The position numbers were made by a program, and so were the translations under genes. Below, in pieces: positions 11,528 to 24,000 of a stretch of 64,000 nucleotides of DNA. The notes beneath the pieces were generated by a model, which ran no database searches, was not told the origin of the DNA, and saw nothing but the letters and a program-made list of their open reading frames with translations. Origin of the DNA: Nymphaea colorata (lineage: Eukaryota); NCBI RefSeq assembly GCF_008831285.2, contig NC_045138.2, positions 40,734,001 through 40,798,000 on the forward strand, read 5' to 3'. Within the stretch, counting starts at the first letter, position 1, and each line of letters opens with the position of its first letter.

Positions 11528-12931
11528 TCAATCAAGTCTTCTACATCGCCATGCGGAGACCGTATACAAGGCTCGGTCCTGCCAACAGATTGTCAAGCAC
11601 CCGCCTTCCTCCTTAATCTTGCACCCTTCACAGGTGCAGCTTTGCAGCAACCTCCTCGCCTGCAACACTCCATAGTAGCTCAGCCCCACCCTTCCGAAGC
11701 CGGCGGACTCGAGCCTGGGGATCCATTTCTGAAGCTTCTCATGCCTCTCCTTCCTCTCCGCGCCTTCGCAGGTGATGATGTTCTTGATCTCCTCTCCCAG
11801 CAGCTTCTTCTCGATCTTCATCCGATCCATAGATGCCCTCGGCATGCTCGAGTCCAGGCAATCGAACAAGGATGCATAAAAATGAAGGGCTTCGAGCAGC
11901 CTGTCCATCAACGACGGGCCGTTGTGGTTGGACTCTTGCTCGGCGACCACCATGATCTTGGGAGACAGTCCCCACAGAGAATTCAGAAAGCTCTCCATTC
12001 TTGATGAGCCCATGACAGGCGAAGATGGCGACGACGCCGAATCGGAGCAAAATTCCTTCGGCTCCACCAACCCACGGTGGTTCAACTGCATCATTTTCTG
12101 ATAATTAGCAATTTTGGCGGCGGCAGCGGCAGCTGCCGGACGCCTCGAGCTATCGTCCTCACTGGCGAGCAGGGTATGCAATTGGAAGACAGAGCAAATG
12201 GCCACGGCCTCCCCTGTTTTAACCCTCAAGCAATCGGGGTCCAGGCGATCGAGCTCGCAGACCACTGGGTTGAACTGAAAGGGGACGTCCAACTTCTCGG
12301 CCTCCTCCGTCAACCTTACCGCCGTCTGATCGAGCACCTCTTTCTGATTATGAATGCCCGTCACCCTCAGGTGGGGAGGACCTTCCGGCCGGGCGCTGAG
12401 TGCTTGCAGAAGGGCGATCCATTGCAGTGGTTCGGCGCAGTGAAGGTCAACGATGTGGATCACCTTCTCTCCTTCCATGGCCTCCAGAATTGCCTGGTTG
12501 GCGACGACGAAGACGAGCTTGAGGAAAGGGCAAAGGTCGAAAAAGAGGCGTCTGACAAAGATAGTCTCCGAAACCGGCGAGAACTTGGTGGAGTTGAGAG
12601 CCCTATAGATGCCCGGCCAGGACCGGAGGATGCGGCCAGCTAGGGCCTCGGTGAAATACGAGGCCATCCGCTGCATGGGGTCGCCGTCCGGGGAGGCGAG
12701 GAGGGAGATCTGCTCAAGGCAGAGGTTGGCATGATCTAGGTTGCCTGCAGAGACAAAGTTGGCACAGGAGAGGAGGAGCTTGATCAGATAGAGGCCGCGC
12801 TCCTCGGACTTCAGCTCGCGAAGCCACGCGTAGGGGGAGCTCAGGCCGGGGGATATGGACATTAGGGAGAAGAATTGCAGAGGGGAGGAGGGAACGGAGG
12901 AGGATCCGTCGTCCTGAACCATCCCGGCCAT
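11528..12931 (-). CDS. SCL3: GRAS transcription regulator SCARECROW-LIKE 3 (467 aa, intronless CDS)
   Basis: LRELKSEERGLYLIKLLLSCAN and LASPDGDPMQRMASYFTEALA..ILRSWPG are characteristic of SCL3. VHIID-type IHIVD, RPEGPPHLRVTG, PFYRE-region EQESNHNG, ERHE and C-terminal WQDRALYTVSAW are all present. Confidence 0.95.
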   Translation of the reverse strand: MAGMVQDDGSSSVPSSPLQFFSLMSISPGLSSPYAWLRELKSEERGLYLIKLLLSCANFVSAGNLDHANLCLEQISLLASPDGDPMQRMASYFTEALAGRILRSWPGIYRALNSTKFSPVSETIFVRRLFFDLCPFLKLVFVVANQAILEAMEGEKVIHIVDLHCAEPLQWIALLQALSARPEGPPHLRVTGIHNQKEVLDQTAVRLTEEAEKLDVPFQFNPVVCELDRLDPDCLRVKTGEAVAICSVFQLHTLLASEDDSSRRPAAAAAAAKIANYQKMMQLNHRGLVEPKEFCSDSASSPSSPVMGSSRMESFLNSLWGLSPKIMVVAEQESNHNGPSLMDRLLEALHFYASLFDCLDSSMPRASMDRMKIEKKLLGEEIKNIITCEGAERKERHEKLQKWIPRLESAGFGRVGLSYYGVLQARRLLQSCTCEGCKIKEEGGCLTICWQDRALYTVSAWRCRRLD

Positions 12932-13077
12932 GCAATAAGGACGCCCTTCTGGCTATGGGGATAAGGTGCAGAAGGAGACTACGACAAGAATCGGAAGGAG
13001 TTGCAAAAGAAGAAGAAGAAGAACAAGAGAAATAAAGAGAAACACGGGAAAACCACAACTTTTTCCTTCTTTGCTTG

Positions 13078-13590
13078 CTAGAGATAGAGATATCTTGAAG
13101 AAGCAGAGATCATGACGAGAGAAACTTCACAGACGTGAAGAAGATGAACATTGCTAGATGGGCTTTACGTATCTTTCGATTTGGAAGGAAGCTGACGGAG
13201 AGAACAAAAAGGAACCTTCCTTTTTTCCTTCTTCCTTCTTCGACTGCTCTCTTATTTTCCAAAAGTTATAGTTGCGGCTGACACCAACGCAAATGGACAT
13301 TCACGTAAGAAAATAGCAAGCTCAGAAGGTTGGTACCCGAAAGACTTCTTGGTGCCTCGACGACGAGAAAAAACAGGAGGAGAATGGTCGTCCCCACCCT
13401 TCCGAAATCCTGCAGGGGGCTCTCTTGCTAGCCTTCGGTGAAGGTCGCTCTGATTTCTGCAGAAATTTCACGCGTTCAAAGACCGATGAGCCGATGTAGT
13501 GTTGCAAAATGGGTTTTTCTTTTCCTTCTCTTTGGCCAAGTCCAATAGAAGATATTGCTCTCTCCCTCTCTCTCCCTCCCCGCAACTTAC
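13078..13590 (-). other. Putative 5'-UTR intron of SCL3
   Basis: Perfect donor GAG|GTAAGT at 13590 and a pyrimidine-rich acceptor (CTCTATCTCTAG) at 13078. The pairing of these two sites is inferred. Confidence 0.35.
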
Positions 13591-13852
13591 CTCCACCTCT
13601 CTCTGCGCTCTTGCAGAGAGAAAGAGGAAGCCTTAAATTTCAAGAATAGATGGGATTGCTGCTGTTGATAACATAAAAATCTCTTTTTACGTTCTTTTAC
13701 AGGAGAAGGTCGGCCTGAGAGATCGAGTCAGGATGAAGTTGAAGGAGGTGATGCGGGGAAAGTAAATGAGGGCAAATACTTCAAAAAAAGTGGGCTCCCT
13801 GCTTCCTCCTGCTGCCATTCAGGACAGAAGGGTAATTCAAGTATGGGCAAAC

Positions 13853-14779
13853 GACAAGGAAGATGGTTTTGTCCTCATCGATTTGGTGTGGTTTGAGAAG
13901 CAGAGGAATATGGAATTTATGAGAGGGAGTGCCCCCATCTTTGATTTTGTCCTCACCCAGGACAGTCTGGGAATAAAAGCCTGGCTTTTCCTATTCCCCA
14001 TCTGCACTCTCTTCCAAACATGCCCTAACAAAACAAAAAACAACACCCTTGTTTTGTTTTCTTTACAGTGCCCATGGGGATTGCAAAGCAAACTTTTTGA
14101 GTGCTTCCAAACCACCTCCTTCTTGTCCTCTTCTCCGTTCATCCCTAGCAAGGACAAAGAGACAAAGAGCTGGGTTTGAAAACCCTAGCTCCCCAAAATA
14201 TTAAAAAAAGACATATTCCCACCATCCCCCTACCCCCAGTTACAGACCTTTTTTGATCCATTTGAACTGGTTATTTCTTCCCTGTTAGCAACACCTCCGT
14301 GTTTCCTGCACTCACTTTTACCTAATCCTGCACCAACACAACTTGGTGGTCATTGCACCAAGCCCTCTTCCCTTTTATACCGTCAGTGAATGTGTGAGTC
14401 AACCGTGTCTGGGTATCTCAGATTTGTGATCTTGTCAAAACAAATGATCACAATATCAACAGAAACTTTCAGATCTTTGTGAGATATGAAGGTCCATACC
14501 TGAGAAGAAGAGGGAGGAGGAGCTCCAACAAGGTACACAAGCTCTGTAATAATCATACAATACACAGTGGTGCATGTATTGGCTGAAAAGGAATATTGAT
14601 AAAGAGCAGGGGACCAATGCCTTCCTCAGTGAGCCTGTCAAATGGGTTTCTGTTTTCTAATTTCTTTTTGGGGTTCAGGCTTATGTCCCACAGAATATTT
14701 ACAAAGTTCCAAGTCTTTCCATTGGCTTCAATGGTGAGCCAAGACAATTTAAGCATATCAGAGTCAGACCTGGACAAAA
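13853..14779. promoter_or_regulatory. Cluster of IDD/BIRD-type TTGTC/GACAA motifs upstream of SCL3
   Basis: Cores at 13853, 13867 (TTTTGTCC), 13945 (TTTTGTCC), 14123, 14152 (GGACAAA), 14160 (AGACAAA), 14432, 14742 (AGACAA) and 14772 (GGACAAAA). Arabidopsis SCL3 is a known IDD-DELLA target through such motifs. Confidence 0.5.
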
Positions 14780-17208
14780 GAAAAAAAAAAATACAGTTGC
14801 TGGGAAAAGAATAAGGGGAGTGAAAAGAAGAAGGGGTTTTACTGAGCCCACTTGAGACACAAAAAGACTGAATAACTATAAGACTGCATGATCTCAAGCT
14901 TATTTAAGAGGCCTAGTTTGTACCTTTGCATAGCTTCATGCATGAAAAAGAAAGCTCATGTTGGCTTTTATTGTTTGAGGCTGATGAGGATGAGGGTATT
15001 GGGGAGTTGCCAATTTACAAGGGCCACCGAGAGAACTTCCAAAAGCTTTCATAAAGTGGGTCGTCGGTAGCGTGTGTCATCGTCGGAGGCATCGTTTCAA
15101 ACAGAGAAGGTGGGACTTCTTCGAGGTGAAAAATGGAATTTAGGGTTGTCCTCATCCTCCACAGCTGGTCAAAAGGTGGTTGCAGTTGCAGACTCTCTTA
15201 AAAGAGAAGGCCTCCTCAGAGAAACACACAGAAACAAACAAACAAACAGAAAGAAAATGATTAGACCGATTCTCCTGTGAAAAAAAATTCTCCTCACAGT
15301 GCAATTTGCAAGAGGGTAGATCCGCGCCATCGGTGTCTGAGATGCTGCTGCAAAATTGTCTGATTGGCATTGCTTTAAATCCATTATTTGGCATAAATAG
15401 TTGATGGGGACACGGATGGACTTCATTTTGTTGGGTTAGTTCGACAAATTTTTTTGTATTTTTTTGCTGCATATTAGCACGACATGATACATCATGCCCA
15501 TTGAAATCTAGGCAGTTCTGATTATTCATTTCAACGAGTAATATAACTTGGACAGAGCCATCAGATACAGTAAAAACTTGGACCATCCTTTGGCATAGCC
15601 ATCTGATCCTGTTTAGAATTTGTGTGTGTTTAAGCATTCGATGGACCTATGGAGCGGGTGAATATCAGGAAGATTTGATGTTGTTTGGATTGCAACTAAG
15701 TCTCACAAATGGTAAGTGCAGTTTCGTCGGGTTGGAAACAGAAAAATGTATGTATATTTACCATTCCCTTTTACAGTAGAATTTCTTGTATCTTTTCACT
15801 GTGTTCTTTTAGAGTAATATTTGTATATCTTTGGCGAAAGCTTTCTCATTACTTCGGCTTTACGGCAAGGATGGCACCATGCCAACATCAAGTTTTTGGC
15901 GTTTTTCAACTTCAAGGCATCAAGCAGACCCACCTAACCAAGTGGGTGGAGCCCTCGCGGATATCTTATAATAAAGCTTGCTTTACATATGCACCTGGTT
16001 TTCCATAGCTCCATGATAACTATGGTCATTTTTTTTGTCATGGTAATGTCAATTCATGACCTCATGAAATTTGTTCCCTTTAAGCAAACCAGTTCCTCCA
16101 AGGAAACGATTCCTTATTCTCAACATCTTTCGGTCGCGAAATTAACGATGAGTTAGACAAGTCAAGATCGAAGAACAGAATGGCAGTAGAAGGGATGGAG
16201 AGAAGATCAATGGTGGCCGTTCCTTTTATTTTCATGGTTTCTAATTCTCCCTTTAATTACGTGACCAGAAACTGAGCTTAAGAAAATTGAAATTTCATAG
16301 CTTTGTCGTATTCATAAATGTGAACAAGCAGCCGGTTGCTTTATATTTTTCTTTCTTGGCTTCTCTTCGGAAGAAACAATCTTGGCGTAGTTCTTAAGTG
16401 GACCATTTTGTCTTGATGTTGGCAACATTCAATCGACCAAAGACTTCGAAGAAGATACCAACTTGCGCCAACGACTCAATTTCCTCGATAAAATAAAGAC
16501 TGTCGACATTAACTTTATTTTATTATGATGAGAAATCCTTCAAGGATAAGACCACTTAATGAACTCCCCATGGCAGCACTCATGAGCACAGGCACCGTCC
16601 TTGTCCAAGACAGGACCACGTAAAAGTTTTGGCCACAGACTTGCTAGACTTAAACTGGAGATAAGGTCTTCATTTTACTCCAAAGGGTTTAGCCCGTTGG
16701 TTCTGGCAAATGTCTAGTGGACAACTGGTTATAGTTGGTTTAATGGCTGGTAGACGACTGGTTGCTAGTTGGTTTAAGTGGCATAGACCTCACCCTCTTG
16801 CGCAAGCCAAAACGACCTAAAACAGCCCTGAACCTTAAAGACAGACGACAAAGGGGTCTTCGCTCCGCGTCGACCTTCTTCAGAATGCCCCCGACCTACG
16901 GTTTTCATTTTAACATCCTTCTTGACCTGGTTTGCTTGGCCTGGTGGCTTTTTGTCCCCTCAAACCCCAAGTTCTTCCTGCCTTAACTACTAGTCTTTCT
17001 CCCCAAGATAGGCTGTTACTCTGTCTTCAAGATTTTTGGTGTTTGCTGAGTCCCATTTTCAATGTTATTATCAGTTAAAGTGAAGAAAAGTTTTAAAAGT
17101 CTTCGTTACTCATTGTCCCATACGTTAATGTCTCTACCTAACCATGCATGTGGAGCTCTTGCAAACTATCTTCCTCTGTTTCACGGTTTGCCCACCGATC
17201 TTGGCGAC

Positions 17209-17243
<35 letters not shown>

Positions 17244-18895
17244 TAAAAAACTGCTTTCCACCTCAAACCCTTAAAGTCATAGCCTTGTGTATTTAAGGTT
17301 CTGGTTTGCTTCAAGGTCTGTGGATACTTAAACCTTACGACTTGAAAGGATACACATAAAAAGATCCAGACCTTGTGGGCAAAAGAAGAGGGGTTAACAC
17401 ATGACAAGCAAGCACTTCCCATGTACAAATCCCCACATATTGCAGAGAATTCATTGGTTCTCTTGTTCATAAATAGTAACAAGAATCATAATAATAATAT
17501 GTCGTTTATGCCTGCAGATGTAAATGAATTGTTTCCCACATTTTTGAATAGCCAATGCCTAATGTATTACACGTGATCTTATTGTTTAATAAGTATGTGC
17601 ATCAGCCATGGCACGAGACGACAGGCCAACGTGCTTTTGACATCATGTACTGCTGGTATAATACTTCTAAATGCTCTAGTAACATTTAAAAAGTTTTTTT
17701 TTTCGAAATATTAGTCTAAAATATAGTTATTTACTGACATAATTTGCATTTTTATGGGCCCCAGTTTCAGTAATACAACTTGGGATCCTATTCAACTTCA
17801 GGGTGTCCAGATCCAGATTTGGATTGGACAGCCCTTGTGTTGCTGATTTTTTCTACAGTAGTGCTGCCGAATAAAAGACTTGTCCTTTCCTCGCAGCCGC
17901 AACTAAAGCATTTACTGGTTTGTCAAGGCACGTTACGTCTCAACATAGAAATTAATGCACCAAAAAAAAGAAAAAATACAACACGCATTAGCAGATGCTG
18001 CATGTGTCACAATAATGCCTTTCTGGAGCTGTAGTTGGGAATAATGAATTGGCTCTTGTCGATTTTGTTAAGTATTTTCCTTTGAAACATGTCTTTCATA
18101 TTTCGGTTAATGCAGGAAAAGAAGTCTTGAACTGGCTAGACAAGATAGATCACACGCAGGCTGGATATTTTGTAAAGATCATTGTTGCTAAAGTTGGTGC
18201 TAAGAGTAATGTATTTCGGGTGAGTTTCTATTCAATCTTTTGTCTCGTTTCACTAAGATATAAAGTTTGTTTCTGATACTTCAGACTGCCGTTTTCACTG
18301 TGCTTCAACTTATACATCGCTCAATCTTTTGTAGTATGTAGAACATGTTGACATCCTGACAATCAAAATAAAAATTAACCACCGACCCGCTCCCACTCCA
18401 AACTGTTTTGCGATCAGGAACTTAATGGACGTGTGTTTGCTGATACAGGCTAATTTTTGTAATTAATAGAAGAAATTCGAACCTTGTTACTAATATGGCT
18501 TTGTATCGGAGCGTACCGGTTGACATGTAAGCATATGTATCGGTTGATATACACTGTATCGTCGTGAGGTGGTGAATTCAAAACTCCCAACCAGTGGTTC
18601 TGGCTAGAGTGAAGAAAGGAAGACCCGAATGTGAAGGTGGCCGGAAAACCTCCATTGACGCCGTTGTCTTACGCCTTTTCTCCGAAGCATTGCAATCTCT
18701 TCACGGTGCAACCTACCATGAACACAAATGGTGGTTTGAGGCCGGTAGAGTAGACGGGTAGGTTTGGAGAAGATTGGGCCGTGGCTTTGCCCAACTAGTA
18801 CCCAAACATCGACAAATCCAGCGGCGAAAAGCAAGGTTGGTACCATATTCTCTCCACGGTTCCATTCCCCTTTGAGTCATAGATAGGCCAAGAGA

Positions 18896-19077
18896 AAGTC
18901 TACCCTAGTAAGTTGTTCTCTCCCCCAGGCACATCGGGAGGACGACAGTCGGAAAGGTCGGCCGGAGTTGGGTCTTAGATCAAGTGGAAGTCTGCCCTAG
19001 TAGGCTGTTCTCTTCCCGGGCCATCGGGAGGAAAACAGTCGAAAAGGTGGGTCGGAGCGAGGTCTAGGCGAGCCAGC
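18896..19077. repeat. Diverged ~92-bp GC-rich tandem repeat (2 copies), possibly TE-derived
   Basis: AAGTCTACCCTAGTAAGTTGTTCTC...CATCGGGAGGACGACAGTCGGAAAGGTCGGCCGGAG is repeated as AAGTCTGCCCTAGTAGGCTGTTCTC...CATCGGGAGGAAAACAGTCGAAAAGGTGGGTCGGAG. Confidence 0.8.
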
Positions 19078-20651
19078 TAAAGGGTCGGCAGTCCACACAG
19101 TTACTAATAACATGGTTCTGTGCATCTGATTGAGCTGGACCAACTGATGTCAGATCGTTAGTTAGGAAAAGGAGATGATTATCTCATGGAAACTGGAAGT
19201 TCCTCACCCGCGACAAACATTACCTAGGATTAATTTCTCTGCTTTTCGAAGACCCGGAGAAAAGATTTCATCGTCATCGTGAAGAAGTCGATCAGGCTCA
19301 GAGAAAAGTTAAAAAGGATAAGGTGTGCAATAAATGAGAACATATGGAGAACAGTTGGATCATTAGATTCGGTAGATGACAGTGCAAAACCATAAATTCC
19401 CGTCCAAACGCTTTACAATACAGTTCTTAACAAAATGATGACGTCTTCATAAAACATGTACAATGTATTTAGAAAGGTCAATTTATTTCTAATAGAATAG
19501 TTTATTTTTTTATGACTTTCGGGTAAACAGAGGAGCATCTTATTTTACTGAGTCGAAATTCCAACTAACCTCTTTATATTTTTAGGGTTTGACAAATGGT
19601 TGATTAATTTACTAAACACCAATTTGAGTGATATGAGTGCTTTTATGGAAGATTTCCACAAGCTGAAAAACTTTAACTTACGTGAGTCGTGAAACTTAAT
19701 CTAAAGAAATTATCTTTCTTATTAAGGGTAACATTGTTTTCTAAATGTATTTTAACGTTTTTCCTTGTGTATTTGTAATTATAGTAAGCAGTATCTACAA
19801 ATACTTTAAAAATTATGCCGTTGTTTGCAAATCAGAGTTGCAGGTAGAGAGAGAGAGAACCGAATACCGCCACAGCCGATGCGGGGAGATCGAAAACCAT
19901 GGCTTTTTCTTACTTTTGCGGTTTTCCGTCTTGAGGGAAACGACGGCGACGGCCAGAAGCCATCGTCAGTTTGAAACGTTTTTCCTTTCGCAATTCCAAT
20001 TCTCTCACAGCCTGTAGCGTCAAATCCCAAGTTATTCCCAACACTCTTTTCCATTCTCCGCGGCAACCAGATAATTCCCCCTTTCGCACAAAATTCCATG
20101 CCTTTTAGCCCTTCTTTTGAAGAGAAATGAAAAAAAAGCAAGCAAGAAAACAAAACACGCGCAGGTTCAGACAAAAGAAGCCATTAACGATGGTACGAAT
20201 GCTTTTTCTCTTCATACGATGGATCCACCGACTTCCGCTCTCTCCCTCTTCTTCCGCCCTTTGAGTCCGATCGGCTCTTGACCGCAGATTTGTCGACGCA
20301 CGGGATTCGGGAACATGTGGGCGTGCTTAGTGATCACTGATGATCGATCGGAGGAGGTTCAGTCGGATCCCGATAAAACATTCTCCAGTTGGAATCAGAC
20401 GAACAGAGTTCTTTCTGATTATTTAACGTATATGCATTCATCGATCTTTTCTTCTTCCTTTTTTCTTTATATTACCAAGACATTCCTTTGTCCAGATCAT
20501 TGTTCATTAGCCAGAAACAGCCAAATTCATTGCCAGTTTTAATTGTGTTAAAAAAATCCATTTATTTACTCAAAATGATTTTTAAAATATTTTTTTAGCG
20601 ATTCACGACGGAGTCACTAATCCAGACAACACTGGTTCAAATGCATGTGCT

Positions 20652-21003
20652 TAGCTGCATGTGAGCCGAGTTGAGCTTGTTCCAACTCGACCTCACTCAA
20701 AAAATTTGACCTCTAGTCGAGCTGCATTTGAACGGCTTGAGCTCGACTCAACTAAACAAATCAAGCTTGAATTCGACTTGTGTTAACCTGCCTTGTTTTT
20801 TTATTTTAACTTGTCAACTTGTTTAACTCATTAACTCGCCAATCAAATACTTACAACTAAAACTCAACTCGTTTAATATTTTCAGCGTAAATTTAAACTC
20901 AAACTCACTCCTTTATAAACAACAAGTAGACCTTGAGCCTAGTTTTTTTTTTTCAAGTGAGTTGAGTCAAGTCTAAGTTGGCTCAACTTGTTCTGCAGCC
21001 CTA
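20652..21003. mobile_element. Degenerate MITE-like non-autonomous element rich in GAGCT/ACTCG motifs
   Basis: Starts TAGCTGCATGTGAGCCGAGTTGAGC and ends GCTCAACTTGTTCTGCAGCCCTA, forming imperfect inverted termini. It contains many AACTCG/CGAGTT motifs, and similar tracts occur at ~22395-22700 and ~43835-44096. Confidence 0.5.
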
Positions 21004-24000
21004 CTTAGCTCCTCATCTTGCTCTTGTGTGATGGAATTCAAATAATGTTGGGCTTCGGGTTGAGTACCCGACGAGTACCTGGTACCCGACTAACTCGAGC
21101 CTAAAAAAACAAAAATCGGGCCTACTCGGGTGAGTCCGACTGAGACCGGTTCGACCCAATAAAAAAAAGACGGAATTCTCCTTGTCTCACCCTTTTCACG
21201 CAGTGGTTCCTTTTAGATGACCTTTCTAAGATGCTCCAACATTTGCGTATGTGTGAAACCGGGGCATAGTCAAACCCATAAGTCGGTAAAGCTCTCAAAG
21301 AGACTCTTGTCAATTTCAATCGACCTAACTTAGTTAAAGGATTTCGTCCAAAGTTGAGAAACACCAAAGTTAAGTTATCAAAACCAAAAATCAAGTAGTA
21401 AATCTCTTCAAAGCCAAAGATTGGCAGATTCAAAATCCTAAACTGACTGTTAAAAGTAGTTGGTGCTCTTACCTCTATGAGAAGGGCAGATTCAAAATCC
21501 TAAACTGCTAGTTTCTTTTTTTTACCTTCACTTTCCATCCTAAACTGTTAGTTTGGAACAACTGTTGTCCATGTTGCAGATTCAGGGACAGAGTGTGCAT
21601 GTTCTTTCAAACAACATGCAATGGATTAAAGCTATGTAACAGGTGATTCGCAGTCAAACTCGACTCCAACCGGTTTCCCACAAGACTGAAGTCGCATCTT
21701 AATTTTTGTTGTCGTACTCCCTCTAAGGAACTGGATATCATTTTATCTTACTCCTTGCAATCCAATAGTGAAAAATGCTATGCATGCAGCCATGGACGTA
21801 GGAGAATCTTGTTTTCTAACCACTTAAAATACTTGTGCCTTCTTCATTCTCTCGTTCAATTTTTTCAAGCAAGAGAGAAATGGCCTCGTTGCTCACAAAA
21901 TTCGGGTGCAGCTCGAGTCCAACATGAGTACGAACACAATGACAATTGCTACGAAACTCTCGCTCTATTGTGCCGGTCATGAATTCCATTGATTCTCGTT
22001 CTCAGTTGCTTACTTGGTGGTCTCTCCTCCTCACAGCTTGCACATCGTAGACCAGGAATCTGGATATTAGGTTTGCATGTCACCTTTCAAAAAGCCCTCG
22101 ACAAAAGCCAGTTGGTGGAATTAATTGAGTGGTTGGATCTGGTAAGTGGTTCTATCAGATGCACAGTTCAGAAAAGATCTGCAAATATCCAAATGTCAAA
22201 ATTTAATTCAAAACAGTAAGTTAAAAGTTTATTTATGTATGCGACCTAAGTTTGGTTGGTGAAATCATCTAAAACTTTTTCAACAGCCACGCGATGCAAA
22301 CACAAACGCGGCATGGCAGGACCACGGCACACCTGCAACACTGTAGTCAGGCCGTTTAAATGGGTGCATTGTCATGAGATAGACGGGCCATAAATAGGGC
22401 TGCAAGCACCATGCTCATGGATCAAGCCACTTGATGCGCCCAAGCCAGAGGCTGGGCTCAGTCCAGCCCACACCAAGTAGGGATCGCGTCACCGTGTGAG
22501 TGATATTGACCAGGTAGCTGCAACAGAGTCACCAACCAGACGGGTCACCAACCGGTCCCGTCGAGTGATGGGCAACAAGTCGAGTAACTTGAACTTGACA
22601 TTGTTAAGGTTAGCTCGAGCTTGACTCATATTATAAAGATGTCAGATGCTCCAGCTTCTCGAGGGGTTTAGCATAGCTGGTCGAATCAGTAACTCATTAG
22701 TCATTGGTTTCATTTCTATGGTATCTATCCGGCTTGAGGAAGCGAACCTTGGCTCCTTGTTCTTCTACAAAGAAAGAAAGATCGTTTCCTTCAGGAATTG
22801 GTTCCACTCAGATTCAGTGCCATTTCAGCCCGGTCGAGCCAAGCTGGGACCAAGAAAAGGCCTTGAAGGACGGTGCCAAGCTCAATCGCTGAGACTGGCC
22901 TGTATTACATTGTCACAAATATGGTTCTCGAGAAAAAAAAATATCGGTGAGGTTTTTCTCGGGGATTTTTCAGTAAAATTGTTCATTGTCAGGTAAATCG
23001 AAAGGTGAAAGTTGCATGTGTTCCTCTGGTGGCATAATCTGGTAAGCGTATGCCTAATCCCAACTTGCCTGAACTTAAAAAGAAAGGATTCCAAATAACA
23101 TGAAGAAGAAAAAGATCCACTGAGGGAGATATCGCTATTGCCAATCCAATTCTTACATCGTATTTACAGATAAAAGGGTAGTTGAACAGAAATTGAAGAA
23201 TTAGAAGCTAAGAACATAGTAAAAAAAAAAAATAAAAACAAGTTTTTTCAAAAAGAAAAGGAGAAAAATAAGTCAGCTGAAGTTTTGACAAAAAAAATGC
23301 CAAAACGAAAAAAGGGAAAAAGTGTTTTTGTCCTTTTTCTCATTTTAGATGTTTTTTTTTTCATTTTTTAATGCCAAGCTGTTTGTTTCTATTTTCTAAT
23401 ATTTATTTATCGCTTATCTATTTGATGTTGTCTTATTAGTTTCTCATTTCTTTTATTTTCTTCAAATTTTTAAAAGTTTATTGTATTTTTTTCATTTTTT
23501 TCTAGTTCACCGTATTGTACCTGAAAAAAACATTGCCGTTTAAAACACAAAAACGATATTTGTGACTGTAGCTAAAACCAAGTTCAAAGCCCTAATTAAC
23601 ACCAACACTAGCTTCAGGAAATTGTTTAGTTTGCCATGTTTCAGATGGTTCAGCAAGGACTCGAGTGGCTCGGATTTTAGGTTGTGCATTCAGTTGAGTC
23701 TGAATTCATTTACGACCCATTTGAAAAAACATGTAAACCATGCATGCCAAAAAACTTGATTTTACAATCTTAGTCTTCGAAAAATATTTTGAAGCTAAAA
23801 CCAACTTTTCGGCGTGGTTTTGGGATGGTCTTAGTTCCACGGATCTGATGAGTGATTGTTTTTGGTGACACGAGAAGAAATCCACATCAAAGTTCATAGT
23901 TTACCAAACCAGCGATCTCAGGGCAGGCCTAAGATCTGAACTTGAGATGCCCGTTTTGCTGTTTGTATTGTCAAAAGGTCTCATCTCCGATTTGAATCAG

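Noticed and set aside
11510..12643. Plus-strand ORFs of 164 and 188 aa
   Set aside because: Antisense shadows of the GC-rich SCL3 CDS.
16918..16945. TTCTTGACCT resembling tasiR-ARF (TAS3)
   Set aside because: The match ends after 10 nt and there are no flanking miR390 sites.
19127..19147. TGATTGAGCTGGACCAA resembling miR171
   Set aside because: Many mismatches and no complementary star arm.
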